Source: a virus. Taken from it: a stretch of DNA of 64,000 nt. The stretch is taken from IMG/VR virus record IMGVR_UViG_3300027749_000055, positions 32,001 to 96,000 of that record. One strand, given 5' to 3'. The notes below the pieces were generated by a model. The model was not told the DNA's origin. It ran no database searches and was given only the letters and a program-made list of their open reading frames with translations. A program made the translations under genes and the position numbers. Shown piece by piece: positions 54,153-63,813 of this stretch (position 1 is its first letter; each line of letters begins with the position of its first letter).

Positions 54153-54536
54153 ATGGAAATGCCATTCAATCAAATGCCTAGTGGCTTGGGCATTGCTCAC
54201 TACTTCATTGAAGAGTGTGCGGGTAAGTCACAGGGGTCGGAAGGGTTCGACCTTTATCGTGAGGGCGACGACTACTGCTATGCGTGGAAGCAGTTGGAGT
54301 GCGACTTCGATTATGAGGCTTCGTATCTCTTAGAGGTTCGCACCTCAATCAACGGCAATGAGACACGGGATTTTCTTATGGTTGTGAACAAGGGTGGAAA
54401 GGTCACGGCTCAGTGGCACAACAAGCCCGTCCACGCCTTCTGTTCGAAGAACGAATGGAACGACCATATGACGGAAGGTATCCGTTGGTTCGCTAACAGC
54501 ACTACCTTCAACTTTGCCGACGACTACGAGAACTAA
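54153..54536 (+). CDS. Hypothetical protein (divergent early gene)
   Basis: AAGGAGG RBS before ATG 54153. Confidence 0.65.
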   Translation: MEMPFNQMPSGLGIAHYFIEECAGKSQGSEGFDLYREGDDYCYAWKQLECDFDYEASYLLEVRTSINGNETRDFLMVVNKGGKVTAQWHNKPVHAFCSKNEWNDHMTEGIRWFANSTTFNFADDYEN

Positions 54537-54910
54537 TGAGCGTCCTCGTCGTGTTCGTGGTGCAGAGCGATTTCTTGATTTAGTTCGTGGAGGGTTTGCT
54601 CTGCCATTAGTAGAGCAGCCTCCGCTTCTTCGAGACGGTCATCAACGATTGCGTCTGCCTCGTCGTGAACGAATCGCTCGCCAATCTTCACGCCAAATAC
54701 CGCACCCCAAAAGTTGCCGATAATCAACGCACCAATTTCGAGGGGCGACGTGTTGAGGGCATACTTGGCTGCGTAAATCCAAAACAGGGCATAGATAGAT
54801 TCAAACAGACCGCCGAGATATGGGCGGTTTCGAGCCTCCGACTGAACCATAAGGGTTGAGGCGATATTGGAAACTACAAAACAGACAAGTGTGATGAGGG
54901 CGAGTTTCAT
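54533..54910 (-). CDS. Membrane protein (lysis cassette, holin candidate)
   Basis: Three hydrophobic segments; downstream of the endolysin. Confidence 0.55.
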   Translation of the reverse strand: MKLALITLVCFVVSNIASTLMVQSEARNRPYLGGLFESIYALFWIYAAKYALNTSPLEIGALIIGNFWGAVFGVKIGERFVHDEADAIVDDRLEEAEAALLMAEQTLHELNQEIALHHEHDEDAH

Positions 54911-55350
54911 TCAATCAGCCCCTTGATGTATTTGATTCCCTCGTAGTCGCTGGCAGAGGCAACGTGCGCCCCAGCGTGTCCTCGGTGATGGAATTGGCAC
55001 AGCACAACCAGATTTTCGGCGGACTCGACCCACGCCCCTACTTGGTCAGGATTGGAAACGCCTGGGTAGTCAATTTCGAGCCACTGAAGGTTGATGTTGT
55101 TCTGCAAAGCGAACTCAATATGAGCGTGGTGCAGTTCGAGCGGGTGGTCGAGGTCGCACTCTGAAAAATCGCCACGGTGTTTGCCGACGGCGCACTGCCA
55201 CTTCTCAGGGTCTTTCTTCCACGCCCTGTGAATGTGGTCAAAATCAGCGTAGTGAGGGTCGTCCTCACGGGCGGGGTGTTCGGGGAAGCGCACCGTGTAG
55301 TTGTGCGTCATTTTTTGAATGTGGGCTGGCGTAACTTGCTCGTCAGACAT
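54907..55350 (-). CDS. His/Cys-rich HNH-like protein
   Basis: LELHH.HIE...NLVVLCQFHHRG..G.H. Confidence 0.55.
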   Translation of the reverse strand: MSDEQVTPAHIQKMTHNYTVRFPEHPAREDDPHYADFDHIHRAWKKDPEKWQCAVGKHRGDFSECDLDHPLELHHAHIEFALQNNINLQWLEIDYPGVSNPDQVGAWVESAENLVVLCQFHHRGHAGAHVASASDYEGIKYIKGLIE

Positions 55351-55592
55351 TATTCCCCCCTACGCCGAGAGCGGTCTATGTGAGCCTCTAGGCGTTGTGT
55401 GGTGGACTCCACGTCGTCCTTGACGGTGTTGAGCGTGTTCATCACTTCCTCACGGAAATAAGTCATCTCGTCTTTTGACGGCCCACGCTTCATACGCCAC
55501 AGTGAAATACCCGTGCTAATTATGGTCAGGACGGCAACCACCGTCTGCCACAACATATAGGTTCCCGTCGAAACGGAGATATTTCCAAACAT
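55350..55592 (-). CDS. Single-pass membrane protein (lysis-associated)
   Basis: One TM segment followed by a coiled coil; coupled to the endolysin. Confidence 0.55.
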   Translation of the reverse strand: MFGNISVSTGTYMLWQTVVAVLTIISTGISLWRMKRGPSKDEMTYFREEVMNTLNTVKDDVESTTQRLEAHIDRSRRRGE

Positions 55593-56668
55593 CACGCCAC
55601 CTTCTGTAGTGAAATCGTGTTCATAGCCTGCGCCATTGCCTTGCAATTGTTGGCAAAAACCATTGTGTAGCCGTGGTCAATAAAGTAATCCGAGGCGGTT
55701 TGGGTCGCAGCCGCCCACGCACCGTCGCCCTTAATACCTAGGCGTTGCTGGTATTTTTCCAAAGCAGCCTTGGTCTGAACTCCAAACCAGCCGTCGGCGG
55801 AACCTTTGGGCAGATAGCCATACTTGACCAGAATGGTTTGAATCTGCGTCACTTTTACACCGTGAGAACCCGTGGAATACAGGGGAACGGGGATTTTATT
55901 GGTGTCCGACGGGGGCAAGATACCCGCACCCGTCCATTTTTCAAACCAATCCGGCAAGGCTACTGAAATGTCTGTGTGGTTGTGAGTGCCAGCGGGCAAG
56001 CCGACGGACGTGAACTGCCACGCCTGCCAGCCGATATTGACCCACGGGGCGGGAACCTTCGGCAGCGGGAGGACGCAGACGTTTTTTACCGGCTTGTAGC
56101 CGTTTGGATACGCCGGAAGCCAAAGGTCGTAGGGGGCGAAGAACGAAAACTGCGAAGCGGGGAAGTAGTAGCCGACGTAAATAATCGGCTTGCGACCCGA
56201 CAGTTGTTGAACGGTCTGAAGCCAGAGCAACGCCCACTGAGCCGTCGCTTCGGGGGAGAGTTTGGTCACTTCTAGGTCGAGCGCAGGGGGTAACTGACCC
56301 TTGGTTCCGCCGTTGTCTACAAAGTAGCGAGCGGACGCAACAGCGTCAGTTCTCCCAGGCCGTGCAAAGTAATACCCGCCATAAGGCAGACCATATTTTA
56401 CCGAAGCGGCTACATCGGAGTTCCAAAACCCGTTTACATACGAAGTGCCTTCAGAATTTTTGATGTAAACGCCCGCAACTCCGGCTTTTTCCATTGCCTT
56501 CCAGTCAAAAGGGTGGGCGTTGTTAGAAGAAATGTCCACAAATTGAACCCACGACGCACAGGGCGAGGCTGAGGCGGGTTGCGCTAAAGCAACGCTCAAG
56601 AACCCGCTCACGGCAAGAATCATTGCAATAGAGATACTGCCAAATTTGCGGAAAAGGGGGTTCGCCAT
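55592..56668 (-). CDS. Endolysin: GH25 muramidase + peptidoglycan-binding domain, N-terminal signal peptide
   Basis: VDISSN, YIKNSEG, GGYYFARP, PPALDLE, WQFT; C-terminal GSHG..V..IQ..L...DGWFG..T..AL..YQ...G...DG. Confidence 0.92.
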   Translation of the reverse strand: MANPLFRKFGSISIAMILAVSGFLSVALAQPASASPCASWVQFVDISSNNAHPFDWKAMEKAGVAGVYIKNSEGTSYVNGFWNSDVAASVKYGLPYGGYYFARPGRTDAVASARYFVDNGGTKGQLPPALDLEVTKLSPEATAQWALLWLQTVQQLSGRKPIIYVGYYFPASQFSFFAPYDLWLPAYPNGYKPVKNVCVLPLPKVPAPWVNIGWQAWQFTSVGLPAGTHNHTDISVALPDWFEKWTGAGILPPSDTNKIPVPLYSTGSHGVKVTQIQTILVKYGYLPKGSADGWFGVQTKAALEKYQQRLGIKGDGAWAAATQTASDYFIDHGYTMVFANNCKAMAQAMNTISLQKVA

Positions 56669-56698
56669 AGCACAAGGCTACAACGGGTGTCTCAAATT

Positions 56699-57382
56699 CT
56701 ACTTTTGACTTTGGTTTAGTTCCTTGGCTTTAGCACGTTTCTCACGTTGGCGTTCAGCGTCTCGGTCTTTCTTCGCACGGTATCTTTGCCGAGCAATCTC
56801 CTGCTTACGAAGACGCTTTGCTTCCTGAGCCTCGATAAAGGCTTGCTTTTCTTTTTCGGGGAGGTTATCCCACTTTTTCAATTCCGTTGCCTTGCGCTTG
56901 GCCACGGATTTTACCTTGCGCTCTTTGGTGACTCGACCCCATTCGTCCCAACAGCCACAACCACCTTCAGCGAGCGGTATTGGGAACTGACCAGCCTTCA
57001 GGTGTGCCCTGTAGCCGTTTGCAGACGGGCAAGTTGGCGGGGTGTAGTTGGCGGGCGTTTCATTGTCTATGACATTTCCGAGGCGGAAATTGAGCCGTCC
57101 ACGGAGTCTGTTCCGCTGACGGGCTGACGTGCCACCCCAATATCCCCAGCCCTCGTAATGGACTGCCCATTCGAGGCACTCTTTTACGACGGGGCACGTT
57201 TGGCAGGCGTGGACAACTTCTTGCAAGACGGGTTCCTCAAAGAACAACCTGCTATCCATTGACCGGCAGTTGCCCTTATCCGACCACTCACGAACATCTA
57301 CAGGCTTCTTCACTACATTTCCTTGTCGTAGTTGCGCCCCAAGATGAGGCGGATTTTCTTGGTCTTTCGATTTGTCTTCCAC
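56699..57382 (-). CDS. whiB: WhiB family protein with long basic C-terminal extension
   Basis: W...GNC...LFF...CQTCPVVKECLEWA...GYWGG; real start probably near 57313. Confidence 0.8.
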   Translation of the reverse strand: MEDKSKDQENPPHLGAQLRQGNVVKKPVDVREWSDKGNCRSMDSRLFFEEPVLQEVVHACQTCPVVKECLEWAVHYEGWGYWGGTSARQRNRLRGRLNFRLGNVIDNETPANYTPPTCPSANGYRAHLKAGQFPIPLAEGGCGCWDEWGRVTKERKVKSVAKRKATELKKWDNLPEKEKQAFIEAQEAKRLRKQEIARQRYRAKKDRDAERQREKRAKAKELNQSQK

Positions 57383-57600
57383 TCGCTTGCAGCAGACAGG
57401 TTGTTCTTGATAGCAAACAGATTCAGTTCGTTCTCGGCGGTCGCTTCTTTGACCAAACCGATTGAGGTGATTTTTGCCACCACCTTCTCGCCGTCTAAGT
57501 ATTCGACTAGATACGCACTGACCTTGCCCTTATGCCGTGCGCTGTCTTCTTGACCTACATAAAAGTAGCGAGAGACAACGACGGGTTCGTTGTCAGCCAC
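57313..57600 (-). CDS. Hypothetical protein
   Basis: 95 aa ORF in operon. Confidence 0.55.
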   Translation of the reverse strand: MADNEPVVVSRYFYVGQEDSARHKGKVSAYLVEYLDGEKVVAKITSIGLVKEATAENELNLFAIKNNLSAASEWKTNRKTKKIRLILGRNYDKEM

Positions 57601-57602
57601 GA

Positions 57603-57851
57603 TTACTTAGCAATTTTTGTTAGGCGGGCAACTCGATATTCGATTTCGTCGTTCCACGGCACGACAACGGCGTAACCAAGGTCGGTAAGAAACGTCTCTA
57701 CAAACAAAGCAAACGCTGGCGTGAACCCGCTTTCGGGAAAGCGACCCACCAAGTCCTTTTCGTCAATCGTTTCATCAGTAGTCACATACAAGTTGTATGG
57801 ATTGTGATGAGGCGGAACCGTCAAAATTGCGGTGTGGGTGTGTTCGGTCAT
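57603..57851 (-). CDS. Hypothetical protein
   Basis: AGGAGG RBS; 82 aa. Confidence 0.6.
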   Translation of the reverse strand: MTEHTHTAILTVPPHHNPYNLYVTTDETIDEKDLVGRFPESGFTPAFALFVETFLTDLGYAVVVPWNDEIEYRVARLTKIAK

Positions 57852-57974
57852 TACTTCCTCCTAGTTGCGATGGCACACTTTACTCACACTCGTCAAGGAT
57901 ATGCAAGGCAAACTTTTGACTTGTGGTTGAGTCTCAACCCCGCTATACTTGTTGTAGCCACTAAGGAGGAACCA

Positions 57975-58376
57975 ATGGCTGACGACAAGAAGATTTTGTT
58001 TGCCGCTTACGGCACACTACGCCGTGATGAGCGACTGCACGATTGGTTGAAAGACCACATCATTGAAGACAAGGGCTTGGGCACAATTCAATATGGTCGC
58101 CTACACTACGGCAACAATCACCGTGCCTACCCATACTTTGTATGGACGGGTCTGCCGTCGAACAAGGTTGTCTGCGAGGTCTACGAGTTGCCACTCAATG
58201 AGCAGATTTACTCAATGCTTCAAATGGAAGTGAACGCTGGCTACTCGCTGTCCGAAGCCGAGGTTGAGTTGGCGGACGGAACCGTCGTGGACGCTCTTGT
58301 ATGTTCGTGGAAACACTCCTACGGCGAGCCTGTGCCGGAGAACGATTGGAAGGCTGAGGAACAGGTATGGCTGTGA
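57975..58376 (+). CDS. Gamma-glutamylcyclotransferase (AIG2-like)
   Basis: FAAYGTLR...YP.F...V.CEVYE...E...GY; AAGGAGG RBS; promoter with TATACT upstream. Confidence 0.85.
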   Translation: MADDKKILFAAYGTLRRDERLHDWLKDHIIEDKGLGTIQYGRLHYGNNHRAYPYFVWTGLPSNKVVCEVYELPLNEQIYSMLQMEVNAGYSLSEAEVELADGTVVDALVCSWKHSYGEPVPENDWKAEEQVWL

Positions 58377-58807
58377 ACAAGCGACCCCAAAACTTCTACA
58401 CAAAGTTGTTGGTTGATAGCGACCACATTTACCTGTCGAAAAAGTATGACCTTGACCTTGATTTTGTCCGAAGTATGGGCGACACTGATTGGTGTGACTT
58501 CTTGAACTGCACCGTTCAAGAACTCGCCTTCCACCTTTTCGAAGACGAAAAGTTTGAGGACTTCTTTGACGACGACGAGCGGTTCGAGGGTTCCGTCTTT
58601 GATGACGAGCGATACGAGGACGACAGTATGGACGTGCTATTCGAAGACCCCTACCTGCTTGGCAACGTTGTTGATATTGCGTCACGTCGCAAGCCCGCAC
58701 CCGTGGCTGCCCCCTATGCTGTGACGGGATTCAATCGAACCCCCGCACCGGCTACGAAGCCGAAGAAGAAGGAACCCGTGCCTCACCACTTTGAGGTTGT
58801 CCGTTAA
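58367..58807 (+). CDS. Highly acidic hypothetical protein
   Basis: Repeated F(E/D)DD/ERF/Y acidic units. Confidence 0.6.
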   Translation: MAVNKRPQNFYTKLLVDSDHIYLSKKYDLDLDFVRSMGDTDWCDFLNCTVQELAFHLFEDEKFEDFFDDDERFEGSVFDDERYEDDSMDVLFEDPYLLGNVVDIASRRKPAPVAAPYAVTGFNRTPAPATKPKKKEPVPHHFEVVR

Positions 58808-59217
58808 TGGAAAACGTCGGCGTAGAACTGACGCTCACTGACGAGCAACGTCAGAAGGCGACGATATTCAGCGCAGGTTTGGCTCTGGCTGCCTTCGCTC
58901 ACAACCAGCCCCACCTCCCGTGGGGTGCGGTGGACTATGCGATTCGCTCAGCGATGGTCGAAATGGGTTCAGACCCTAAGTCTGATTCGTGGGCAACCGA
59001 CTATCTCGAATACGTCATTTTCTTGCTCACGTCAGGTGGCGGGGAGAAGCCCGAACCGAACACGACGCTCTTTACGAAGACGCTGAGCGACTTTGTGAGC
59101 CTCGGTGTTGCCTCGACGCTGAATCTTCAGGTAATGCCCGACGTGGCTGTTCTCCCGCCTGAGGACGAAAACTTCGGCGTTCCGCCGGAGTGGACTAAAG
59201 ATTCAACTTCCGATTAG
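58807..59217 (+). CDS. Hypothetical protein
   Basis: 136 aa; coupled. Confidence 0.55.
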   Translation: MENVGVELTLTDEQRQKATIFSAGLALAAFAHNQPHLPWGAVDYAIRSAMVEMGSDPKSDSWATDYLEYVIFLLTSGGGEKPEPNTTLFTKTLSDFVSLGVASTLNLQVMPDVAVLPPEDENFGVPPEWTKDSTSD

Positions 59218-59479
59218 GGATATACAACTTGGCGACATTGGTGGACGCTTCGACAGTCTTCGTCTCCGCCTCGTAAGCCTCGTCTAGTCCCTCGCACAAC
59301 TTGGCAATCGTTTCTTCAGGGGATTTTCCCGTCAGTCGTGTAATTACCAGAACGGCACGGCTCAACATTTCACGCTCGATTGCGTAGACCTTCATCATTG
59401 CGTCTACGCCTACCTCGGTAGCGGTTTCTACCACCTCAGCGTCGGTGAGCGGAGTTTCCATTTCGGGCTGGTCGGTCAT
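59195..59479 (-). CDS. Hypothetical protein
   Basis: 94 aa; coupled. Confidence 0.55.
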   Translation of the reverse strand: MTDQPEMETPLTDAEVVETATEVGVDAMMKVYAIEREMLSRAVLVITRLTGKSPEETIAKLCEGLDEAYEAETKTVEASTNVAKLYIPNRKLNL

Positions 59480-59763
59480 TGGTTCTGGGTTTCCTTTTGT
59501 GTATAGATTTCGTAAGCAACTTTGACGGCGGCTCGCAACTGATTTGCAAGGCGGTTCACTTCTTCGGTGACTTCAGAGTCAAGGTTTACCCCAATGCCCA
59601 AGTCTTCTAATTGCGAAATCAACGCATTCCACATTTTGATTTGAACATTGACGAGTTCAATTGAGGTTCCGAGGGCTTCCTCGTTGATGATTTCCCACTG
59701 TCGGTTAATTGGAAGGTCGTAAAGGTTTACGATGGCGGGCTTGTTACGGCGAAATAATTTCAC
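59476..59763 (-). CDS. Hypothetical protein
   Basis: 95 aa; coupled. Confidence 0.55.
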   Translation of the reverse strand: MKLFRRNKPAIVNLYDLPINRQWEIINEEALGTSIELVNVQIKMWNALISQLEDLGIGVNLDSEVTEEVNRLANQLRAAVKVAYEIYTQKETQNQ

Positions 59764-59775
59764 AACTCAACCTTA

Positions 59776-60780
59776 CTATGCTAAAAACAAGCGCAACTGA
59801 CGTTCTTGCGGTTGTGGGATTTCTTCCACGACCCCTTTGACGGGACGAGTAACGGTAAAGGCTTGCGCCCGTTCTTTTGGATACGGCAGGATTTTGTTAC
59901 GGGATTCGAACTCTCGCCGCAGGATTTTTGTTTCCAATTTGTTCGCCCCCAGAACAAGGGCGTATTTGTGCTTGCTGGGAACGATTATTTTCTCTGCCCC
60001 TGCCTGCACTTCTTTGCTCTTTGCCCGCAATGCTGACTCGATTTCACTAGGAATGTTCTCCCACAACATTCCGGTATCGGAAGTCCAATTTGATTGCCAC
60101 GAATAGCCAAGTTCTTTGGCATATTTTCTGTAGGCACTGCGCTGACGGAAGAATCGGTCAGACACAACCTTGCCGGAGTAGGGGTTGATGTGTCGAGTAG
60201 TGGTTCCCGACCCCTGCCCCAAGTAATAAAAGTTGCAGGCTTGGTAAATTGTTCCAAGTTCCCGTGCCATTGGGTCGGAATAGGCAGTGAAAAGACGAAA
60301 CTGGGTGTTTTTCACTGCCCAGCGGGTCGCCCACATCATAAAAGAACTCGCCAAATTCTTCGGACTCCACGAAATGCAAGCCCCCCGTGAAATAAGACGT
60401 TCGAGTTCCGGCGTTTTTTCACCGAGAAGCGTCGAGAAGGCGTTGGGGAGATTCATCAGGATTACACCAGCCAACACGGTGTCGTGATACGCCCCGAACC
60501 AATGCGTCGTGTATTGCGAGAGGTTGCCGAGCCATTCGTGTCGCTTGATGAACTCCGTGGCTTCAGCCCGCCCCATAGCGTCGTTAATTGTCCTGAACTC
60601 GAAGTCGGCAACGGTCAGATTTTCCACATACTCCCGTGTAAAACCGGACATAACGAGGTCGTCCTCAGCGTTGCGTAAGCGTATGTCGTATTGCCAGCAA
60701 TGGTCTTTTTCGTAGACCCGCAGTTCCGCTTCAGAACTCACAGGTCTTCTACAAATTCGTCGGGCTTGCCCCAACTCCAA
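59776..60780 (-). CDS. Mom-like DNA-modifying GNAT enzyme
   Basis: FIKRHEWLG...ISR...PKNLAS.F......AYSDP...E.GTIYQACNFYYLG...KHKY, the Mom-family pattern. Confidence 0.78.
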   Translation of the reverse strand: MELGQARRICRRPVSSEAELRVYEKDHCWQYDIRLRNAEDDLVMSGFTREYVENLTVADFEFRTINDAMGRAEATEFIKRHEWLGNLSQYTTHWFGAYHDTVLAGVILMNLPNAFSTLLGEKTPELERLISRGACISWSPKNLASSFMMWATRWAVKNTQFRLFTAYSDPMARELGTIYQACNFYYLGQGSGTTTRHINPYSGKVVSDRFFRQRSAYRKYAKELGYSWQSNWTSDTGMLWENIPSEIESALRAKSKEVQAGAEKIIVPSKHKYALVLGANKLETKILRREFESRNKILPYPKERAQAFTVTRPVKGVVEEIPQPQERQLRLFLA

Positions 60781-61124
60781 CCAAACGGTTCTTTGAGCGA
60801 AAATAAAACCAAGATTTGCGCTGTCTCGTCTTGATATTCGCTGCCGATTACTTCGATGGCGGGCACTTTGCCGAAGTGGGCAATTTCCAAAGCGTCCTCA
60901 GGAACCTTGTCACCGGAAAAACTGATACCCAACGGTGCGGGTCGAATGGGTAGGTATTGAAATTCGTCCCAATCGTCCTCGCTCTCCCAGCCAGCCTTAG
61001 CCGCAAGATTTTCTGCCGTCTCGGTGTCGTGCGCTTCGCCTAGCGTCACCTCATAAACAATGAAACCGTCGGCATTTGTTCGCACGACCACGGCGTTTTC
61101 GTTTGAGAGGGTTAGATAGTTCAC
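60738..61124 (-). CDS. Acidic hypothetical protein
   Basis: 128 aa. Confidence 0.55.
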   Translation of the reverse strand: MNYLTLSNENAVVVRTNADGFIVYEVTLGEAHDTETAENLAAKAGWESEDDWDEFQYLPIRPAPLGISFSGDKVPEDALEIAHFGKVPAIEVIGSEYQDETAQILVLFSLKEPFGWSWGKPDEFVEDL

Positions 61125-61141
61125 GGTAGAACAATACCAAA

Positions 61142-61744
61142 CTAGAAGTCTTCAAAAGTTGAGCCCGCAAGCATTTTTTTGAGGTCACGGTGATAGAGGT
61201 TCGCACCCAAGCCCTGCTCGACCTCCCAAATCGGAACCAAGTGTCCGAGCGAGCAATAGAAGCCCACATTCGGAATCTCCGTGTGCGTCCCAAACTCCTT
61301 AAAACGTCGAAACCCGTTGGGGCTAAAGGGTCGCTTGCTCTGTTCCTCGATAAACCAATTCCGAACTTGCTCGGTGTTCATTATGTATAACTGTTGCGTT
61401 TCGTGAAGGTAGTAGAAAAACAGGTCGGATTTTGTTTTCATAAAGCAACCCAAGGTCATATGGAACTCGCTGCTTACTAACTCGAAGGCAAAGTTGTTCG
61501 TCTTGTGACCAATGTAGTCCACCTTGACCTCAATGGTCGTGGACGTAATCTCTCCGTTTTGATTGCGAACCCAGATGAGGTCAATGTCGTCCTCTTTTTG
61601 TTGCTGGACGGTTGCTTCGAGAACGTCCACCGTCGAATCGAAAAAGCGGAGGTATTGGCGTATGGGTTTCATACCCTCGTTTTCCATTTGCTGCGATTTT
61701 TGAAACGTACTCCTACCGTAGTCACGTCCGTCAAGACGAGGCAC
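61142..61744 (-). CDS. PD-(D/E)XK nuclease-like protein
   Basis: DIDLI...TIEVKVD....TNNFAFE...G....TKSD. Confidence 0.7.
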   Translation of the reverse strand: MPRLDGRDYGRSTFQKSQQMENEGMKPIRQYLRFFDSTVDVLEATVQQQKEDDIDLIWVRNQNGEITSTTIEVKVDYIGHKTNNFAFELVSSEFHMTLGCFMKTKSDLFFYYLHETQQLYIMNTEQVRNWFIEEQSKRPFSPNGFRRFKEFGTHTEIPNVGFYCSLGHLVPIWEVEQGLGANLYHRDLKKMLAGSTFEDF

Positions 61745-62039
61745 AGATATCTCCTATTGCTTGGACAACCTCTTTGGGAACCTTCTTGACCGCCGACATA
61801 ATCGTCGTGTGGTTGCGTCCGGCGACAAGCCCAATGGTCGAATACGACATACGGCAATGCTCACGCAGACACGCCCAATAAAGATGACGTGCCTTCATTA
61901 GATATGAGTAGCGACGGTCACTGAGAATTTCCTGCTCACTGATTCCCGTCGAAGCGACTACAACTGAGAGGACTTTCTGTGCAGTAACTTCTCCGCTCTT
62001 CGCCCACTTACGGACAACGGCGTGTGGGTCTGTTTTCAT
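61731..62039 (-). CDS. DnaA C-terminal (domain IV)-like HTH protein
   Basis: ILS.RR....ARH...LRE...SYSTIG...GRNHTTIMSAVKKV. Confidence 0.82.
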   Translation of the reverse strand: MKTDPHAVVRKWAKSGEVTAQKVLSVVVASTGISEQEILSDRRYSYLMKARHLYWACLREHCRMSYSTIGLVAGRNHTTIMSAVKKVPKEVVQAIGDICASS

Positions 62040-62338
62040 TCGCCCGACAATAGCAGTGGTGACAGTGGCGAGTAAAGAGTGTGTTCGAGATGTTCGTGGT
62101 TGATAATCGTCACAATTCCTTCTTGCCAGCACCGCTTCTCAATCGCACCGCAGTTCTTCACCTTCCACGCAATTTCTTCAAGGGCAAACGGAATCGCCGC
62201 TTCGAGGTCGGGTGCTTCAATGTGTAGGTCACGGGTGCGCCCATTCCAACGGGCAGCAACACGCCACATCATTTTTTTGCCTTGCTCTCTCGACACAGTT
62301 CGAGGCTGGAGTAAATGAATGAAAGTCCAATTACCCAA
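62036..62338 (-). CDS. Hypothetical protein
   Basis: ORF in operon; real start probably near 62272. Confidence 0.45.
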   Translation of the reverse strand: MGNWTFIHLLQPRTVSREQGKKMMWRVAARWNGRTRDLHIEAPDLEAAIPFALEEIAWKVKNCGAIEKRCWQEGIVTIINHEHLEHTLYSPLSPLLLSGE

Positions 62339-62517
62339 GCGATATACACGACGGCGAACTCCCAGAAGAAGTTGTAGTTGGGGTGTTCGGGGTGGGTCGG
62401 ATAAACGTTCAACACAATCACAGACAAGAACGTCAGCATTGTCGCTGCAAAAGCGTGACGGTGAGTCATTCGAGCCTTGGCATTAAATCGGTGACGGCGG
62501 TGTTTCGGTTGTTGCAC
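62269..62517 (-). CDS. Two-TM membrane protein
   Basis: AAGGAGG RBS; two hydrophobic segments. Confidence 0.6.
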   Translation of the reverse strand: MQQPKHRRHRFNAKARMTHRHAFAATMLTFLSVIVLNVYPTHPEHPNYNFFWEFAVVYIAWVIGLSFIYSSLELCRESKAKK

Positions 62518-62709
62518 GGTTCCTCCTTATGAACGCTTCGTGTGCGTTCAATAGTTTTCCATATCAACGGGGGTTGCGTCAAGTAGCAGGAGAATCACCA
62601 ATAAACACAAGGGTTTCCAAAGTTTCTCAAATTTCTTAGAAATTGACTTGACTTGTGTAGGGGGGTTGTGTGTAGAATGGAAATCGTTGGAATACAAGGA
62701 GGAAACCAA

Positions 62710-63801
62710 ATGCCAACTAACATCAACCGACCTAGCACTTACGGAACGAGCAACATCTCTCGTAGCCGTCTTGCGACTATCCGCCGTCAGGACGAAGCAC
62801 TGCGTCTCCGTCGTAGCGGTATGACTTATGTGGAGATTGCTCGTCAGTTGGGCTTCACACCCAACGGCGTTGCTCGTCCGCAATCTGCGGCTGAGGCTGT
62901 TCGTGCTGCAGAGCGTCGTCAGCGTATTGCAAACAGCAACACCGCAGTTCAGACCGTTGCTAACGCTACGGCAATCACCACTGACGGACTCTCGACTCGC
63001 ACCTTCGGGTTCGAGGCTGAGTTCTTCAACATCACCCCCAGCGTTGCGCTTCGTGCGCTCGCTGACGTTGGTATCACCGCCTCATTCGAGGGCTACACCC
63101 ACCGTAACGTTCACATTTGGAAGTGTGTGACCGACGCTTCGGTGACTCGCACGGGCACGGGTGAGGGTGCGGGCTTGGAGTTGGTTAGCCCCATTCTCCG
63201 TGGTCGTGACGGCTTGGAGTGGGCTGCGAAGGCTCTCGACGCTCTCCGTGGTGCTGGCGCAAAGATAGACCGCACCTGCGGTATGCACGTTCACGTCGGT
63301 ATGGACGGTCTGACGGGTATGGAGATGATGAAGATTGTGGACACCTACGTCGCCAATCAAACGAACATCAACCGCATTGTCTCCCGTAGTCGTCACAACA
63401 ACGACTACTGCCTGCCCTTCAATGAGGTTCACGCACCCTCGACGCAATACCGTCCGAACAACTACGAAGCACTCCGTGGTGCGAACACGGCAACTGCCAC
63501 GACCCGCCTCAGCGGTGTTCTGTCATCTGCGCCTCGCTACCGTGTCGTGAATCTCACGTCTTACGGCAAGTATGGAACCTTAGAGTTCCGTCAGCACCAA
63601 GGCACGTTGAACGGCAAGAAGGGCACGGCGTGGATTGAGTTTTTGCTCGGTCTTGTCGAGACTTCGGTTGCGTCCAACCCCGTGAACGCCTACGCCTCGG
63701 TCTACGAGATGATAACGGCTTTGGGTGTGAGCAACACCACCGCTCGCTATCTCGTTCGTCGTGAGTCTCAGTTGAATCCCGAACCGATGGTGGTCGCCTA
63801 A
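62710..63801 (+). CDS. Putative amidoligase (COOH-NH2 ligase) with N-terminal HTH
   Basis: RTFGFEAEF, WK.VTDAS, GLELVSP.L, CGMHVHVG, RY..VNL, GTLEFRQHQGTL; N-terminal ALRLRRSGMTYVEIARQLG. Confidence 0.88.
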   Translation: MPTNINRPSTYGTSNISRSRLATIRRQDEALRLRRSGMTYVEIARQLGFTPNGVARPQSAAEAVRAAERRQRIANSNTAVQTVANATAITTDGLSTRTFGFEAEFFNITPSVALRALADVGITASFEGYTHRNVHIWKCVTDASVTRTGTGEGAGLELVSPILRGRDGLEWAAKALDALRGAGAKIDRTCGMHVHVGMDGLTGMEMMKIVDTYVANQTNINRIVSRSRHNNDYCLPFNEVHAPSTQYRPNNYEALRGANTATATTRLSGVLSSAPRYRVVNLTSYGKYGTLEFRQHQGTLNGKKGTAWIEFLLGLVETSVASNPVNAYASVYEMITALGVSNTTARYLVRRESQLNPEPMVVA

Positions 63802-63813
63802 CAGGATTTTCTT

